A stretch of DNA of 64,000 nt from Intoshia linei (Eukaryota; Animalia; Orthonectida). This document shows, piece by piece, positions 1-12,200 of the stretch; positions within the stretch are counted from its first letter, which is position 1; the number at the start of each line of letters is the position of its first letter. The notes under the pieces are model-generated. The model searched no databases and was not told the DNA's origin. It worked only from the letters and a program-made list of their open reading frames with translations. The stretch covers positions 9,398 through 73,397 of the forward strand of contig LWCA01000031.1 in NCBI GenBank assembly GCA_001642005.1. Reading direction: 5' to 3'. Made by a program: the position numbers and the translations under genes.

Positions 1-539
1 TAATCTAATTAAATATTGAAATGAAGAATAAATAATGATATAAATTAATATTGATGCTTTTTTAGGAAAATCTTTGAAATTCAAGTATATTTTAACAGGT
101 GGTAAAATAAAAAATTGACAGTTTTGTACATCAATTAGGCATTTTTATAATGTATCATTTTAACGTAGCCTTGTAAATGGTTAATGCGATTCTTTAAGGA
201 TAGAACCAACTTGAAATGTCACAAGAAAAATTTTATCAATTTATCAAAAATGTATCAGGATCATATACGTTGGAAAAAGATGAAATGACTCCGCTGATCA
301 TAGAGATTTGATAAAAAATAGTCACATACAAACAATTGGCTACGACAAAAACCCTATAAAATTGGAGTGGTACCACCTTATCCAATACTATTTTCAAGTA
401 TTTTTAAAATCTGTGACAATATACGCAATTCTAAAGATCAGCCATAAAATTGTAGCATATATGATAACTAGATGGGTCTGTACGAGAGTAGAGAATTGGA
501 AATTATAGAATATGTCGGTGCTGGAGAAAAAAATACAGA

Positions 540-875
540 AATTCCAGTGTTCATACAAAGTGATTTGAATTTATCGAATACACAAGTTTTAAAATTAGCT
601 AAACATTTACGAGTAACTATAGGTAGGAGGCAATGTATGGAACCTAATGTGAAAACTGAATTACAGATCATGAACCATAGTCTGGATAACTTTTTTACAC
701 TTTTTTTCTAAGAGATTTAAATTTAAGAAAAAGTAAAAAAATCAAATGTTGTAATTAAACCATTCATTTGTTGCAACAATATTAATGAGCTAGTTCAGAA
801 AGTCCAAAAAATTCGTGGTAAACACTACACACATTTGAAGGTTGGAATTGATGGAGGTGGATTTTTCAAGATATT
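540..875 (+). mobile_element. Degenerate Chapaev-like (CMC) transposase fragment
   Basis: Broken frames read QSDLNLSNTQVLKLAKHLR...MEPNVKTEL, then LKVGIDGGGFFKI at about 835-873, resembling the GIDGG catalytic-Asp motif of Chapaev transposases. Frameshifted. Confidence 0.6.
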
Positions 876-1014
876 TCATTTAACTAATTTCAAAATTATC
901 AGTTTCAAGTTTAGCTATGTTTGAGTCTACTGAATGCAGATGAAGAAGAGAGTACTTTCAAGAGACAGTTTTACAGTGATGGTGTATAGTAGGTCAATTT
1001 ATAGTAATTTTACG

Positions 1015-1085
1015 AATATTTCATACTATACCTGTCACTGCATCCTCCGCTGAAGGAAAATTTAGTAAACTTAAATTAATTAAAG
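1015..1085 (+). mobile_element. hAT transposase C-terminal (dimerisation domain) remnant
   Basis: Translates PVTASSAEGKFSKLKLIK, matching the hATC motif PVTxASAERSFSKLKLIK. Confidence 0.6.
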
Positions 1086-1308
1086 CATCAAAGTTTAAAT
1101 GAGTTTCCCATTTCGATAATTTTTCCTTGCAAAAATAGCTGAAGGGTGAAAGCCTTTAATAAGTTTTGATCTAGCCTTTAAAGTTTAAAGACACGATTTG
1201 TGATACTTTTGTAAATACACTAAACTTTTGTCTAAGCTTTCTAGGGTACAAAAAAATCATAACGTACTATAATTGTACTTCCCGACAATTTAACGATGTT
1301 CCAACATG

Positions 1309-2422
1309 TCAATGCAAAAAATCAAGAGACCGCTGAACTATACCAATGTAAAAAATTATATCAAAAATAAAAGATTTATAAAGGAGTAAGAACGCAAAGC
1401 CAAATGTAGTAATTACTGATTTTTGGTAGTCGACGGCATCGCTGACGCAAGAATATATTTTAATGAATAGTTCCTTTGGCATATTGTCCTTCAATACCAT
1501 CATAAAATTAAGAGGCTGAGGGTTCATTAAAATAGCTTCACTAATTTCTTCTACTCCTTCTTCAATTAAACCTTAAAACATAAGTTGGTTCAATTAACAT
1601 AAATAAATAAATTACCATTTTGCAATAATTCGTCAGAATGTTGCATTTTTTGCATCATTTGTTCTTGACCACCATTTTTTGCGTTCTAAAAATAATATTC
1701 TAATCAGTGCTACTCAATTTCATCACTTGCAACAATGAATTGTCAATTTTTACCTTCCATCGATATAATACAATAAAGAAACGAACAAAAATGATCTGAC
1801 TGTGATTCTTAATTTTCCTCGTTACTTATGCTGGACACACTGCCTAATAGATGAGTTCATTAGACCAAAAATTTGTTAGTGTATTAATAATATCACATCT
1901 CTGCAATTATAAATGTATCTCTTCCACAACTGAACACACCGAAAACCTTTTTGGTGAGGGGCTCGATGAAATTTTTGTAAAATGTCGTGCTCATATTACC
2001 AAATTATGAAAAAAATTATTTTGTGGGTGAAATTTAAAATGTCGAGTCCAAACCAGTGGAGGTAGCTAGGAGCCATATGACTTTACGCGGCGTTAGTCTG
2101 TAACCACTTGCTTAAAAACTTAATATCCCAGAATATTAAAAAACACAGATTCTGGGAAAGTTTTTTTTCTGAGTGTGTATATCATAAATATGGACTTTCA
2201 AGATTACTTGTATTCTTTTTTTAATTTTTTCCGTTTTTTTGGCATTGCGTTCTATATAAAGAATTAACAAAATATAAATTTTGAAAAATTACTTTCTTTG
2301 AGAATGTTCCAAAAATTAGGATGGCTTCTACGTTTATAATCAAAATAAACACAATAAGAGGCAAAAGCTACTCCAACGGACGCAGCAATTAAAGGTAATT
2401 TAGTATAGACTTGAAATAACAT
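1309..2422 (-). CDS. TOMM20: Mitochondrial import receptor Tom20 (spliced; 3' end uncertain)
   Basis: Exons 2422-2293, 2251-2208, probable 24-nt mini-exon 2168-2145, 1685-1616, 1571 to about 1417 (or read-through to 1309), all phase-compatible GT-AG. Protein MLFQVYTKLPLIAASVGVAFASYCVYFDYKRRSHPNF...MQHSDELLQNGLIEEGVEEISEAILMNPQPLNFMMVLKDNMP has the Tom20 GYCIYFDxKRRxxPxF anchor motif and MAS20 core. Confidence 0.9.
1700..2120 (-). ncRNA. Candidate intronic snoRNA cluster (H/ACA-like hairpins plus C/D boxes) in TOMM20 intron
   Basis: 459-nt TE-free intron with several hairpins of about 50-60 nt, ACA triplets at 2040-2042, 1983-1985, 1914-1916 and 1741-1743, GUGAUGA at 1720-1726 and CUGA at 1704-1707. 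Folded by eye only. Confidence 0.4.
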
Positions 2423-2531
2423 ATTCGCGATATTAAGTTATTATGTTGATTATAAATTAATTACTTGTTTCTAACAAAATAAATTAAATTAAACTTCATT
2501 TATCAAAATTTTTAATATCGTAAAATAAAAA
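2423..2531. promoter_or_regulatory. Putative bidirectional promoter between TOMM20 and eIF3h
   Basis: Only 109 bp separate the two divergent ATGs. Confidence 0.6.
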
Positions 2532-3791
2532 ATGGATGTATGCAGTAATTCAGAAGACTCGATGATGTCTCCCGTTCAAGAAATTTTAATAACTGGAGTG
2601 GTATTTATTGATAATTTAAGAATTTTATTAATATGTAGTCTATAATGAAAATTGGTCGACATGTGGATCAAGAAAAAGAGGAAAATGGATCTATAGTTAA
2701 AGGTGTTTTATACGGATGTCTAGTTGATGATGTTTTGGAAATTACCAATGCTGTACCTTTGCATAATTATGACGGTTTATGCTTGATAATGGTAATTTAA
2801 CAATTTTTTTAGACGACGAATCGTTCAACGAATCGCTTGTTGGAACCGGACTAGACTACGTACATGTTGGATTTTATGTTGCATCTATAAACAAAGAATC
2901 TGTATACACCAATGAATTTATTTCTGAACAATTTGATTATCAAAAAAAAACTGATAACTTTGTGTTTGTCGTTTACGGTACATTCAAATATTTTCAAATC
3001 TAAAAAATATTAGACTCTGAAAAAGTAAGTACCGGCACAATCGATGTAAAAGCTTACCGTCTAAGTACTAAATTTATGCTACTTTATAAGGAAAATAAAT
3101 TTTCTTTAAAAGAGTAAAATATTTAATTTTTATAAATAATATAATATTTAGCCTAGTAGACATCCAATTACCCATAAATGAAATTTTATCTCCTTTGGAA
3201 GTGTCAATTTCAAATTCTAAATTCATTTCTTTCGGTTTATATGAATTAGATTTTCAATTGTCTCAGCAGCACCAGTCCAATAATCATATTGGAAGAAATT
3301 ACGTGGCAATTGGTGAATTAGATAAACGATATGCAGCTTTGATTGAAAAGGAAGATAACACGTCGAAATTAAACGATAATTTTAGAAATTTATCTTCAAA
3401 TAATGAAAGTTTTTTGAGTTTGATGCCATCAAACTTTCTTAAAGAAACTCTTCACAAACTAATTACAGAAGTTGAAGAGGTAGCCAAAGAATCACACACG
3501 TATTCAAATTACCAAAAATCTCTACAAAAATCAATTGTCAATAGACGTAATAGATTGGAAAAGTGTGTGGAACAAAACAGGTTGAGACATGAACGTGGTG
3601 AAAGATTAATGACAGAAACTGAAATTTTACGAATTTGTCAACTTCCTTCACCTCCACCACATGCCAACCTAGTCAGTCACAATATACAAATAAATGCATA
3701 TGTTGAACAAATGAATAATTATGCAAAACTGCATATAAAAAAATTATTGTTGTCGCAATCTTTAATGTGTGGATACAGTTCTTTAGAATAA
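2532..3791 (+). CDS. EIF3H: Translation initiation factor 3 subunit H (MPN domain)
   Basis: Exons 2532-2600, 2639-2774, 2813-2977, 3014-3113, 3152-3791 (introns 36-38 nt). VQEILITGVSIMKIGRH...VKGVLYGCLVDDVLEITNA...HVGFY...VKAYRLS and a C-terminal ERGE/PPP region match eIF3h. Confidence 0.9.
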
Positions 3792-3801
3792 ATTTTCAAC
3801 T

Positions 3802-4287
3802 TTATTTGTTGGCTAGCTTCTTATTTAAAGATATCTAGAAATTTTAATATTACGTTCATTTTCAATTCAAGCAAAAACCTGTGCTTCCATGAATTCTATT
3901 TTGCGCTCTAAAGTTGCTAATTTTTCGTTCATTTTTGTTATTTTGTTCTGACAAATTATATCTAAGAATATTTTATTTTCTAAAAAAAATAATTATGCTA
4001 TCAATGTATACGTGACACGTATCATATGCTAGGAATCGGCAATTAATTATTGTGCTCACGCCGAATTTATATTTTAGGCACCAAAAGTTGGCCAACATAG
4101 TTGATACATGACAAAACTTACATGTTGAATTTACAAAGTCCACCATTCTTTGTATGCTGATGGAAATTACTGAATTTTTAATTAAACTTACAATACATTG
4201 GATACCATCTATCGTTTCTCTATATGCCCAATCCTCAAATATTCTCTCTTTTGTTCGTGTCGATGCATAAATATTTGGATTCGACAT
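3802..4287 (-). CDS. BRK1: BRICK1/HSPC300, WAVE regulatory complex subunit
   Basis: Exons 4287-4206, 4169-4122, 3961 to about 3879, 3834-3802 give IFEDWAYRETIDVISISIQRMVDFVNSTYIICQNKITKMNEKLATLERKIEFMEAQ, colinear with BRK1 DWANREYIE...LNEKLTALERRIEYIEA. Confidence 0.92.
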
Positions 4288-4734
4288 ATTTATATTTCTT
4301 TTACAGGTTTCTATTATTTATCAATGTTTATATTGAATAATTTCAATAAACTTAGTTTATTCAAAACAAATCAGTGTATCAGGAATTCTCATTCAGGTCC
4401 ACCATTTCAAGGTTCGTTTTGATTCATCTTTGATAAACTCGTCGTTATGTTAATTATAAATGTCGTAATTATGTACAAGTCGTACGACCAGTTTTGGTCG
4501 TTATATATTTTTTATGCAACCCAGGTCAAAATGTAATTAATGCTTCAAATTTAGTGTTTATTTAATTCAACCACATTGGTGAACACTTTATTAAGTTACG
4601 AAAGAAGCCATCGAAATTGAAAGGAATGCAGAATTTAAGGATAAAAATAAAAAATTTACTCCAAATACAAAAATGAACTCATCACTTATTTTGCAACATA
4701 GGCATACAAAAAATTTCATTAAAGAGAATCCTTA

Positions 4735-5140
4735 TCCTAACTTATATAAAACACTTTGTTTGTCTGTCTGGTATCGTTTATTTCAATAATTAAGGGTCTT
4801 AGAGTTTTAAAAATTACACATTTCCACTACAGTTTTTTCTGGTGGTGAAATTAAGATAAATTTCACTCTCAGAAACTTACATTTTAGCGGTCAAAAACCC
4901 TAATTATCTTTTTTTTTTTTTGAAAATCAAACGGGTCCTATAGTTTAAAAAAATTAAAAAATATCATAAATTTAAATTTCAAAAAGTTATGTCTTCAGGG
5001 CTAAAACCCAAAGTACACTTTTTTCAAAAAATAAAAATAGTCTCAGAATTTGAAAAAAAATTACAGTTCATACAGATTTTACCCCCAAAAATTTTTGATC
5101 CCACAAAGTGACGTCTTCACGGTCAAAAAACTTTTATAAT
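4735..5140 (+). mobile_element. Repeat family A, Helitron-like non-autonomous element (5' part)
   Basis: Starts A|TCCTAACTTATATAAAA followed by a TGTC/TGTT microsatellite. The same terminus is on the minus strand at 15806. Related copies lie at about 13377-15030, 15291-15806, 18920-19600, 20215-20575, 21878-22130, 26700-27220, 54860-55240 and 59740-59960. Confidence 0.55.
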
Positions 5141-5456
5141 CTTTTCAAGGTGGTTTTTTAACATATTTTAAGGATAGTTCCAGTTTTATAATTTTAATTT
5201 TGTTCGTTCCTAACTTATTTTGAAAAATGGTTTTAAAACTTTTAGTTGATATTTTAAATTAATGGCGAGTTGTGGAGACAATACTGTGGTTTTTAATGAC
5301 CATTATTTTTGATATATCTCAGAAACTTTGACTATTTTTAAAGTGGATAATTATCTACCAAAAGCTAAACATAGAAACATTATAAAAAAACTTTGTTTGT
5401 GTATACATTCGAATAACTAAATTAAAATTTCAATTTTTTCAAGTTTTATTATAAAA

Positions 5457-8400
5457 ATGAAATTGAAAGGTGAATTTGAAGATTTTAATATGGACAATAC
5501 AGTTGTTATGCTTGCTGGTCTAGTTTTTTACATGATTGCTGATGGCTGGTCTTACAGTTTATCTATTATTTTTCAATTATTTCAAAAAAAGTTTGATGTC
5601 AACAATTCCAAAGTTTATCTTTTTATCACAATCGTATATGCTGTTCCCTGCATTTCATGTAAATTGTTCATTATTATTTATTATTTAAATTTATTTTAAA
5701 TGCTTTCTAATTTAATTAATTTTTAATAATGTTTTTCAATTATATATATACAATGTGTATTATACATGTACTGATATTGCATAATAATAGTGTATGTAAA
5801 TATGTACATCTGGTTAATGTTAAATTTTAAAGGTGAAATGGCATTTTATAAATCATGGCGTCCCCACAGATGGGTCGCGAAATTTTTTATTTTTAGGCAT
5901 TTTTTTTTAAATTAAAACTAATCTACTTTTCTATATTCAGGTAAAAAAAGTAAGTCATTGATTATTTTGACCATGAATTATCGTAAAATTTCAAATTGGT
6001 CCACTTTTTTGGGGTATAGGAGTGAATTTAGTTTAAAAAAACGACAAAATTATCAATAAATAACATTGTAAAATTTTCCTAAAAAGGGTCGTTATAATAT
6101 TCAAGAATCTTGAATCAAGATACATGTATGTAATTTTTCAAATTCATATATTTAAATATAGCTGTTTTTGTGTGCATTTTAATAAAAAAGACAAGTTTCC
6201 AGTTTTGTGCTTTCCTGGGATCTGCTATATTTTCAATATCATTACTTTTATATCACACAATGTACAGTTGGACTCAATTAATCATATCAATTAATATTAT
6301 TGGTAGTATTGGATTATCTCTTTACTATCTCGTGGCTTATTTAAATGTGGTACACAGTTTTGATAAAAATAGAGGATTAGCATTGGGTATTACCACATTG
6401 GGATCACCTATAGGTGGAACTATATTTCCGTACATTCTAAATGCCACCTTTAATTATCATGCCAATCATTACATGTACATAATTGGAGGTGTCATTTTAA
6501 CAATTTCTTTGATAACTTCAATGGCGTTTACTTCAAAAAATAAATTGATTAAATCACAAGTTCATTCAGTATTGGAATCAGAAAATAACGAACCAATAGA
6601 ACACAAAGAAGAAACCAAATTAGTGCATATTATATCTTTTTTTCATTTATCTATATTTAAAAATTTTAAATTGGATATATATTTAATATCTCTTTTTTTA
6701 GCGTATTTATTTATTTCAAATGGATTTGTTTATGTTTATCAACATTTAGAAATATCTATAGTCCCAAAACCTGAAGAGTATATAACGAAATTAATCACTA
6801 TTGTCATTTCTCTCATGTCAGTGTCTAGAGGTTGCGGACAAGTTTTGTTTGGCATTCTTTCCGATCGTTGTAGGATTTCAACATTTTATTTATTGGGTTT
6901 ATGCTTTGTTGGTCTTTCAATATGTTTTATTTTAATGGGACTGACTTCTTCTGTATATTTATTGTCTTTCCTTTACATAGTTTATGCCTTGTTATTTTCT
7001 AGTGTTTACATCATACCAATATTTAACATTGGCAAACTTGTAAATCAAGAACATGTCAATCATGTATTCTCGTATCAACTAGCATTTAATGGAATAGGCA
7101 TGCTAATTGGTGCTGAAATCTCGAGTAATTTTTTTAAATTTATATAGTTTAATTTCTTATGAGTCAAAGATTATATTGAGGTTAAACCCTAATGTTGGGT
7201 GATATATTTGTCATTAAGGTATTCTAAAAGTGGAGTTATCACGATAAATAAGACCAGGTGTCTTAATCCTCGAATCTGCGATGAAATGTATGTTTTTATG
7301 AAAAAATGATTCATATTTTATAAATAATTTCATTGTTTCTATCAAATAAAATGTAAAGTATAAATTCTTGCAAACTAAAAAATTATAAAAAGAGTCCCGG
7401 AGTTTGTTTTTTAATTAAACGGTAACACACATAGAGCAGTGTGTCTCAAACGGTGACCCACAGCAAATTATATTTGTACCCAGCAAAAAATTAAAAACGA
7501 ATTACATTGTATATATCATATCACAGAGGGTTAAACAGACAATTAAATCTAATTTTTTGAATCCAAACAATCTTTTTTTTATATTAGCAGCTTTTCCTTG
7601 TAAATCTTAAATTTTTGTAAAGACTTTTAGTAAGTATATATGACAGGTGAGCAATCTTAAGAAACATAAGAGCTAATTTTTATTTCTTATTCGCTTTGTT
7701 ATATACCAAAGAAAAAATGTTTGCTATACAGTCTAACTCAGCTATTCCCAACGTGGGGCCTGTGGTCCCAGGGTTTTGCTGGTTTCAGGGAACATGAGAA
7801 AAATTTGGAACAATAATTAAAAAATTATATTTTTGTCGTTTGAATTTTAAATTTTATAATTATAAATAAAAGTAAATTTGAACATTACTATTTTATATTC
7901 AAAATTCGCTTTTGTGTTACATTTTCTTTTTTGCTTTATATTTGATTAATTCTTTATTTTCATATTTATTTTAAGGCAAAGTTCGGCAACCTTTTGAAGC
8001 TCGTGGGCTATATTTTATGAAAATTTACACATGATACATTTCAATTTTAACTGAAGAGAAACGGTTCTAGTATATGGAGTAGAATAAAATCCGGACTGAA
8101 AATTAAGTATTAACATGATTATAATGAGCCAATTATAGTAGAAAATGTTTAAAAAGGTATTTAAAAGTTGAAAAATAAATAATTTACATATTTAATCAAA
8201 GGGCCACCAAAATTATTATGTATTTAATTATAATACAAAATAAAATTTCATTTATTGAAAATTTAATCAGTGGAAATGTTATCACTAATTTGAATCTGTA
8301 ATCTTAAATACTGTAACGACTGTAGTACAACTTTGTAACATTAATCAGGGGATTTTACAAATATAAAGATATTTTTAAAAAACACTTGATTTAAACTTAC

Positions 8401-8733
8401 TGTTAATCCCTGATTAACCGTTTAATACATCACAGAAAGTGACTGTGTTAATCGAGACTAACCTACATCAAGGAAGCTAGCTATCGAGAAATGTAAATAT
8501 AAACTATTCATTAACATGTAAATTAGATAAAAATTTTATTATAAAGAAACGAAACTGTAATCAACCAAATAATGTTTTGGAACCGAATGGTCCAATATTT
8601 GCAATGCATACATTTATATTTAGAGTTGATATATACAAGATTCAATGGTTATTTTATGGTAAATATTATTTCTGGGGTTTCAATGCTAATTTCTGCATCT
8701 GTAATAATTACGACACAATATTTCTCTAAATGA
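5457..8733 (+). CDS. MFS transporter, SLC16/monocarboxylate transporter-like, copy 1
   Basis: Exons 5457-5658, 6162-7124, 8624-8733, phase-compatible. About 12 hydrophobic helices with motifs DGWSYS, FDKNRGLALGI and GILSDR. Confidence 0.85.
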
Positions 8734-9261
8734 ATATTTTGAAACAATTGTATTATTAATAAATGTTTTTGAAATTATTTAAAATACATTATATATACAT
8801 TTTATATCATTATTAACCTGTCAAGCATCTTTTTGAACAGTATAAACGTTCCGGTGTTACACGTAGTACATTTATATTCACATTTGTACCACCAACTTCA
8901 ATCGTTTGATAATTACGTGAACGATGTCCCTGGATACCAGAGCTGTATTATTACAAATAATTAATATAATAACAATAGTTATATAATTATAATTAATCAT
9001 TTTATAATAAAATTTATTATAAAATGAATATTTATTTTTCATCTTCCAATATAAAACCATCACATCTGAACTACATTTTTGCATTATCACATATAAACAA
9101 AATTGTAGAAAAAATAGTATGTGCGTTTGTTTGCATTATAATATATAATTATATTTGAAAGCCAAACGTAGATACGAATATATTCTAATATTTATCCCGA
9201 TTATTCAGCAATTTTTCAAACTACTGTACTAAAATAAATATAGTATTTTAAATAGGATTCA

Positions 9262-12200
9262 ATGTTCAAAGCATATGCAGAATATTATCCCATTTTTGTG
9301 GTTATCTCATCCTTTTTAATTTTTTTTGTGATTGATGGATGGACATATACTCTCTCAGTCATTTTTAAAGTTTTCCAAAAAAAGTATAATATCAAAGATT
9401 CTCAAGTCGTAATGTTTCTCACATTAACATACGCGCTGCCAGACATAATAGGTAAATATTCAATATCATATCATTTGGGCATAGTCAATAAAGTATCTCT
9501 TTAATACAATCTCAAAATATTGATAATTATAATATTTTGCCTTACAAAATGAAATACTCAATAAGACTTTTCATAAATTTTAATTAAAAGATTGATTAAG
9601 TTTTCGGGTCATGTTTTTTTCATGTAGATTGATTTTCTAGACAATATGAGATATCTTTTGCCACAAGATACTTTTTTCTAATTAGATTGTGTACCATCAC
9701 ATAATCGATTCTTAATTATAGACTACAGATTTTCGATAGGAAACAAATCTGGCACATAAAGTACTAAATCAACAACTGTATTTATTCAGACGCAAACCTC
9801 AAAAGTGTTTTCTTGCCTACATGAGGTCGGGCATGATCTTGTTGGAAAATAAATCCTGGCGCGATGTTTTTCAAGTCAACAAATACATCTTCGAATAATA
9901 TCCCAATATATGAATCATTATTCACCCTATGGTCTAACTTTCTAATAATAATAGTCCCACAGTATGTCAAGCATCCCAAATCATGATGGAACCACTGGAA
10001 AATGATCTTTTTCTGACTTTAAATTCAATCATTGTAGAATCAATATTTTCAATTTTAATCGAAATATTTGAAAAATATTGGTTGATAATATATTAAAAAT
10101 TATTTTTCACCGGGAATGCGTAGATTTTTAAAATTGAAATTTTGTNCAAACGCCAATTTCCGTTAAAATAAAGTTCAGTTTTAATTTTTTAATATATAGT
10201 ATATATATAAAAAAATTTAAATGGTCAGGCTAACTTCAGCGTTAGGAGTTGGCCGAAAATATTTTACATTAGTTATTATTATAGTAATACTATAATTTTA
10301 AGCTCTAAGAATATTTTTTCTAAATACCCATGATACACCTTAGTGTACATGTATATAGTATGGCAAATATCTAATTATACTGGTGTTAGTGTATTAATAA
10401 CATCAATATATGATGAACCATTATGATTATTACTAAAAATTATTTTTACTCATTAAAATTTCAGGTTCAATTACTAAACCCACATTTATATTATTATAAC
10501 TACATTACTGTATTATAGAGCCATAGGACCAGTCGTCTCACACCCTATTTAGTATTTATATGATAGATCTACATATATACATTGAACCTCGGATATAAAT
10601 CAATACATTTTAAATTTAAAATATTTAAGGCTTCAAAATACACACTTTATAATATAACGTTATTTACATAAAAGTTAAAAAATCTGAGAAAAATAATATT
10701 TTGGGGTATAAATATGTCACATAACATAGTATTTGATATCTACAGTCTTTTTGAATATAAAATTTATTGTCATTAATTTGAATAGATAAAAGACTTGCAT
10801 GTTTTTTATTTGCAACAATTTTAATTATTTTACAATTTTTATTTTATATTTTTCACTGAGTTAACCATTTATTTGTTTAATTCATGAGAAAATTGCTATA
10901 AATCTATAAAAACACAGTATAGTATAATTACCGTTATAAATTATAAATTAACATTCCTACTATATTCACACAAATAATATTTAAATGATTGCATTCATTT
11001 TTAAATTTTAAAGCACTTGGATTATACATTCTAGTAAGTTGCACTCGTATATGTATTTAAAATGAATTAAAATTTTTATTTTATAATCGCACCAGCGTGA
11101 CCGTTATGTACTTCGTACAAACAGTACCATAGTTTCAGAGACAAAACCACCCAGCAAAATAAAAGAAAAATAAAATTCTAATTTTTTTTCGCAAACTATG
11201 CATAGTGTCTAGTGTTTCCATTTTACCGACTTTTTCATTACCGGTAATTTAGCGAATAAAATTTTCACCACCGGTAAATCACCGGTAAATACCTTTTTAA
11301 TATATCTTAAATCAGGGTTTCTCAACCTTTTTTAAATTTAGTACCCCCGTGCAAATTTAGTGCAAAAATAAAAAATGATAACTTAAATTCAACTTAAAAA
11401 TCGTATTTTGTTGAGATTTAAAAAAATCACCCTATCGAATATAATTAATAAATATAGATATAAGCTGTATTTGATGATAGTTTTATTGTTGTTTATCGTA
11501 AACAAGTTTATCATATCTGGTTTTGTTTGAAATAAACCAACTCTCATATCGTGTGACAACTTATCTCCCCATCTATATCTACTTTTCGATTTTTGGTCAT
11601 ATCGTGCTCTCTTAATGCGAAAATTCTCAATAAATCTTTTTTCATCATTTGGAAGTTTTTCTATTTGTTTTAAGAGACAAGGTTTAAGATTTGAATTACA
11701 CATTATAAAATGACAATTCATGAATTGAGCTTTATCCTTATTCTCACTTTCTATAAGTCCAGTAAATCCATACTTTACGTATTCATTGTTCTATTTGCGA
11801 ATTTTTTGCAAATATCAATATACATTTATTTAAGTGATAAAATAAGTTTAATTAGATTTTTTTATTAACAATTTTTAATTTAAATTTTAAAAAATAAGAA
11901 TAGATTTTCCAGCACCCCTGAAATTAATTCTAACACCCCTATGGGTCCTAGTACCCCCGGTTAAGAAACCTGGCTTAAATCATCTTTAAATAGAATAAAT
12001 TATAATGAACAATTTAGTTATTTCTACGATGAAAAATTCATTAAGAATAGATAAAAACAATTTCGAATACAATTTTTCATCATAAATACACAATATAATT
12101 TTCATAATATATCGGAATTAAAAATAAACATTGATGTTACGTAAAAAAAATTTTCGAATCGTCGAAATAATAAACATTTTTTCTATTTTTTCACCTTGAA

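Noticed and set aside
1686-2144. Intronic telomerase RNA or RNase P/MRP RNA
   Set aside because: No CUAACCCU-type template and no correctly ordered pseudoknot or CR-I/CR-V pair. The CTAACCCTA at 28792 is part of the 31-bp repeat.
4200-4205. GTATCC donor as a U12-type intron
   Set aside because: It lacks the full GTATCCTT consensus and a U12 branch site.
3973-4287. 104-aa ORF as an extended BRK1
   Set aside because: It reads through two introns. The spliced model fits BRK1 exactly.
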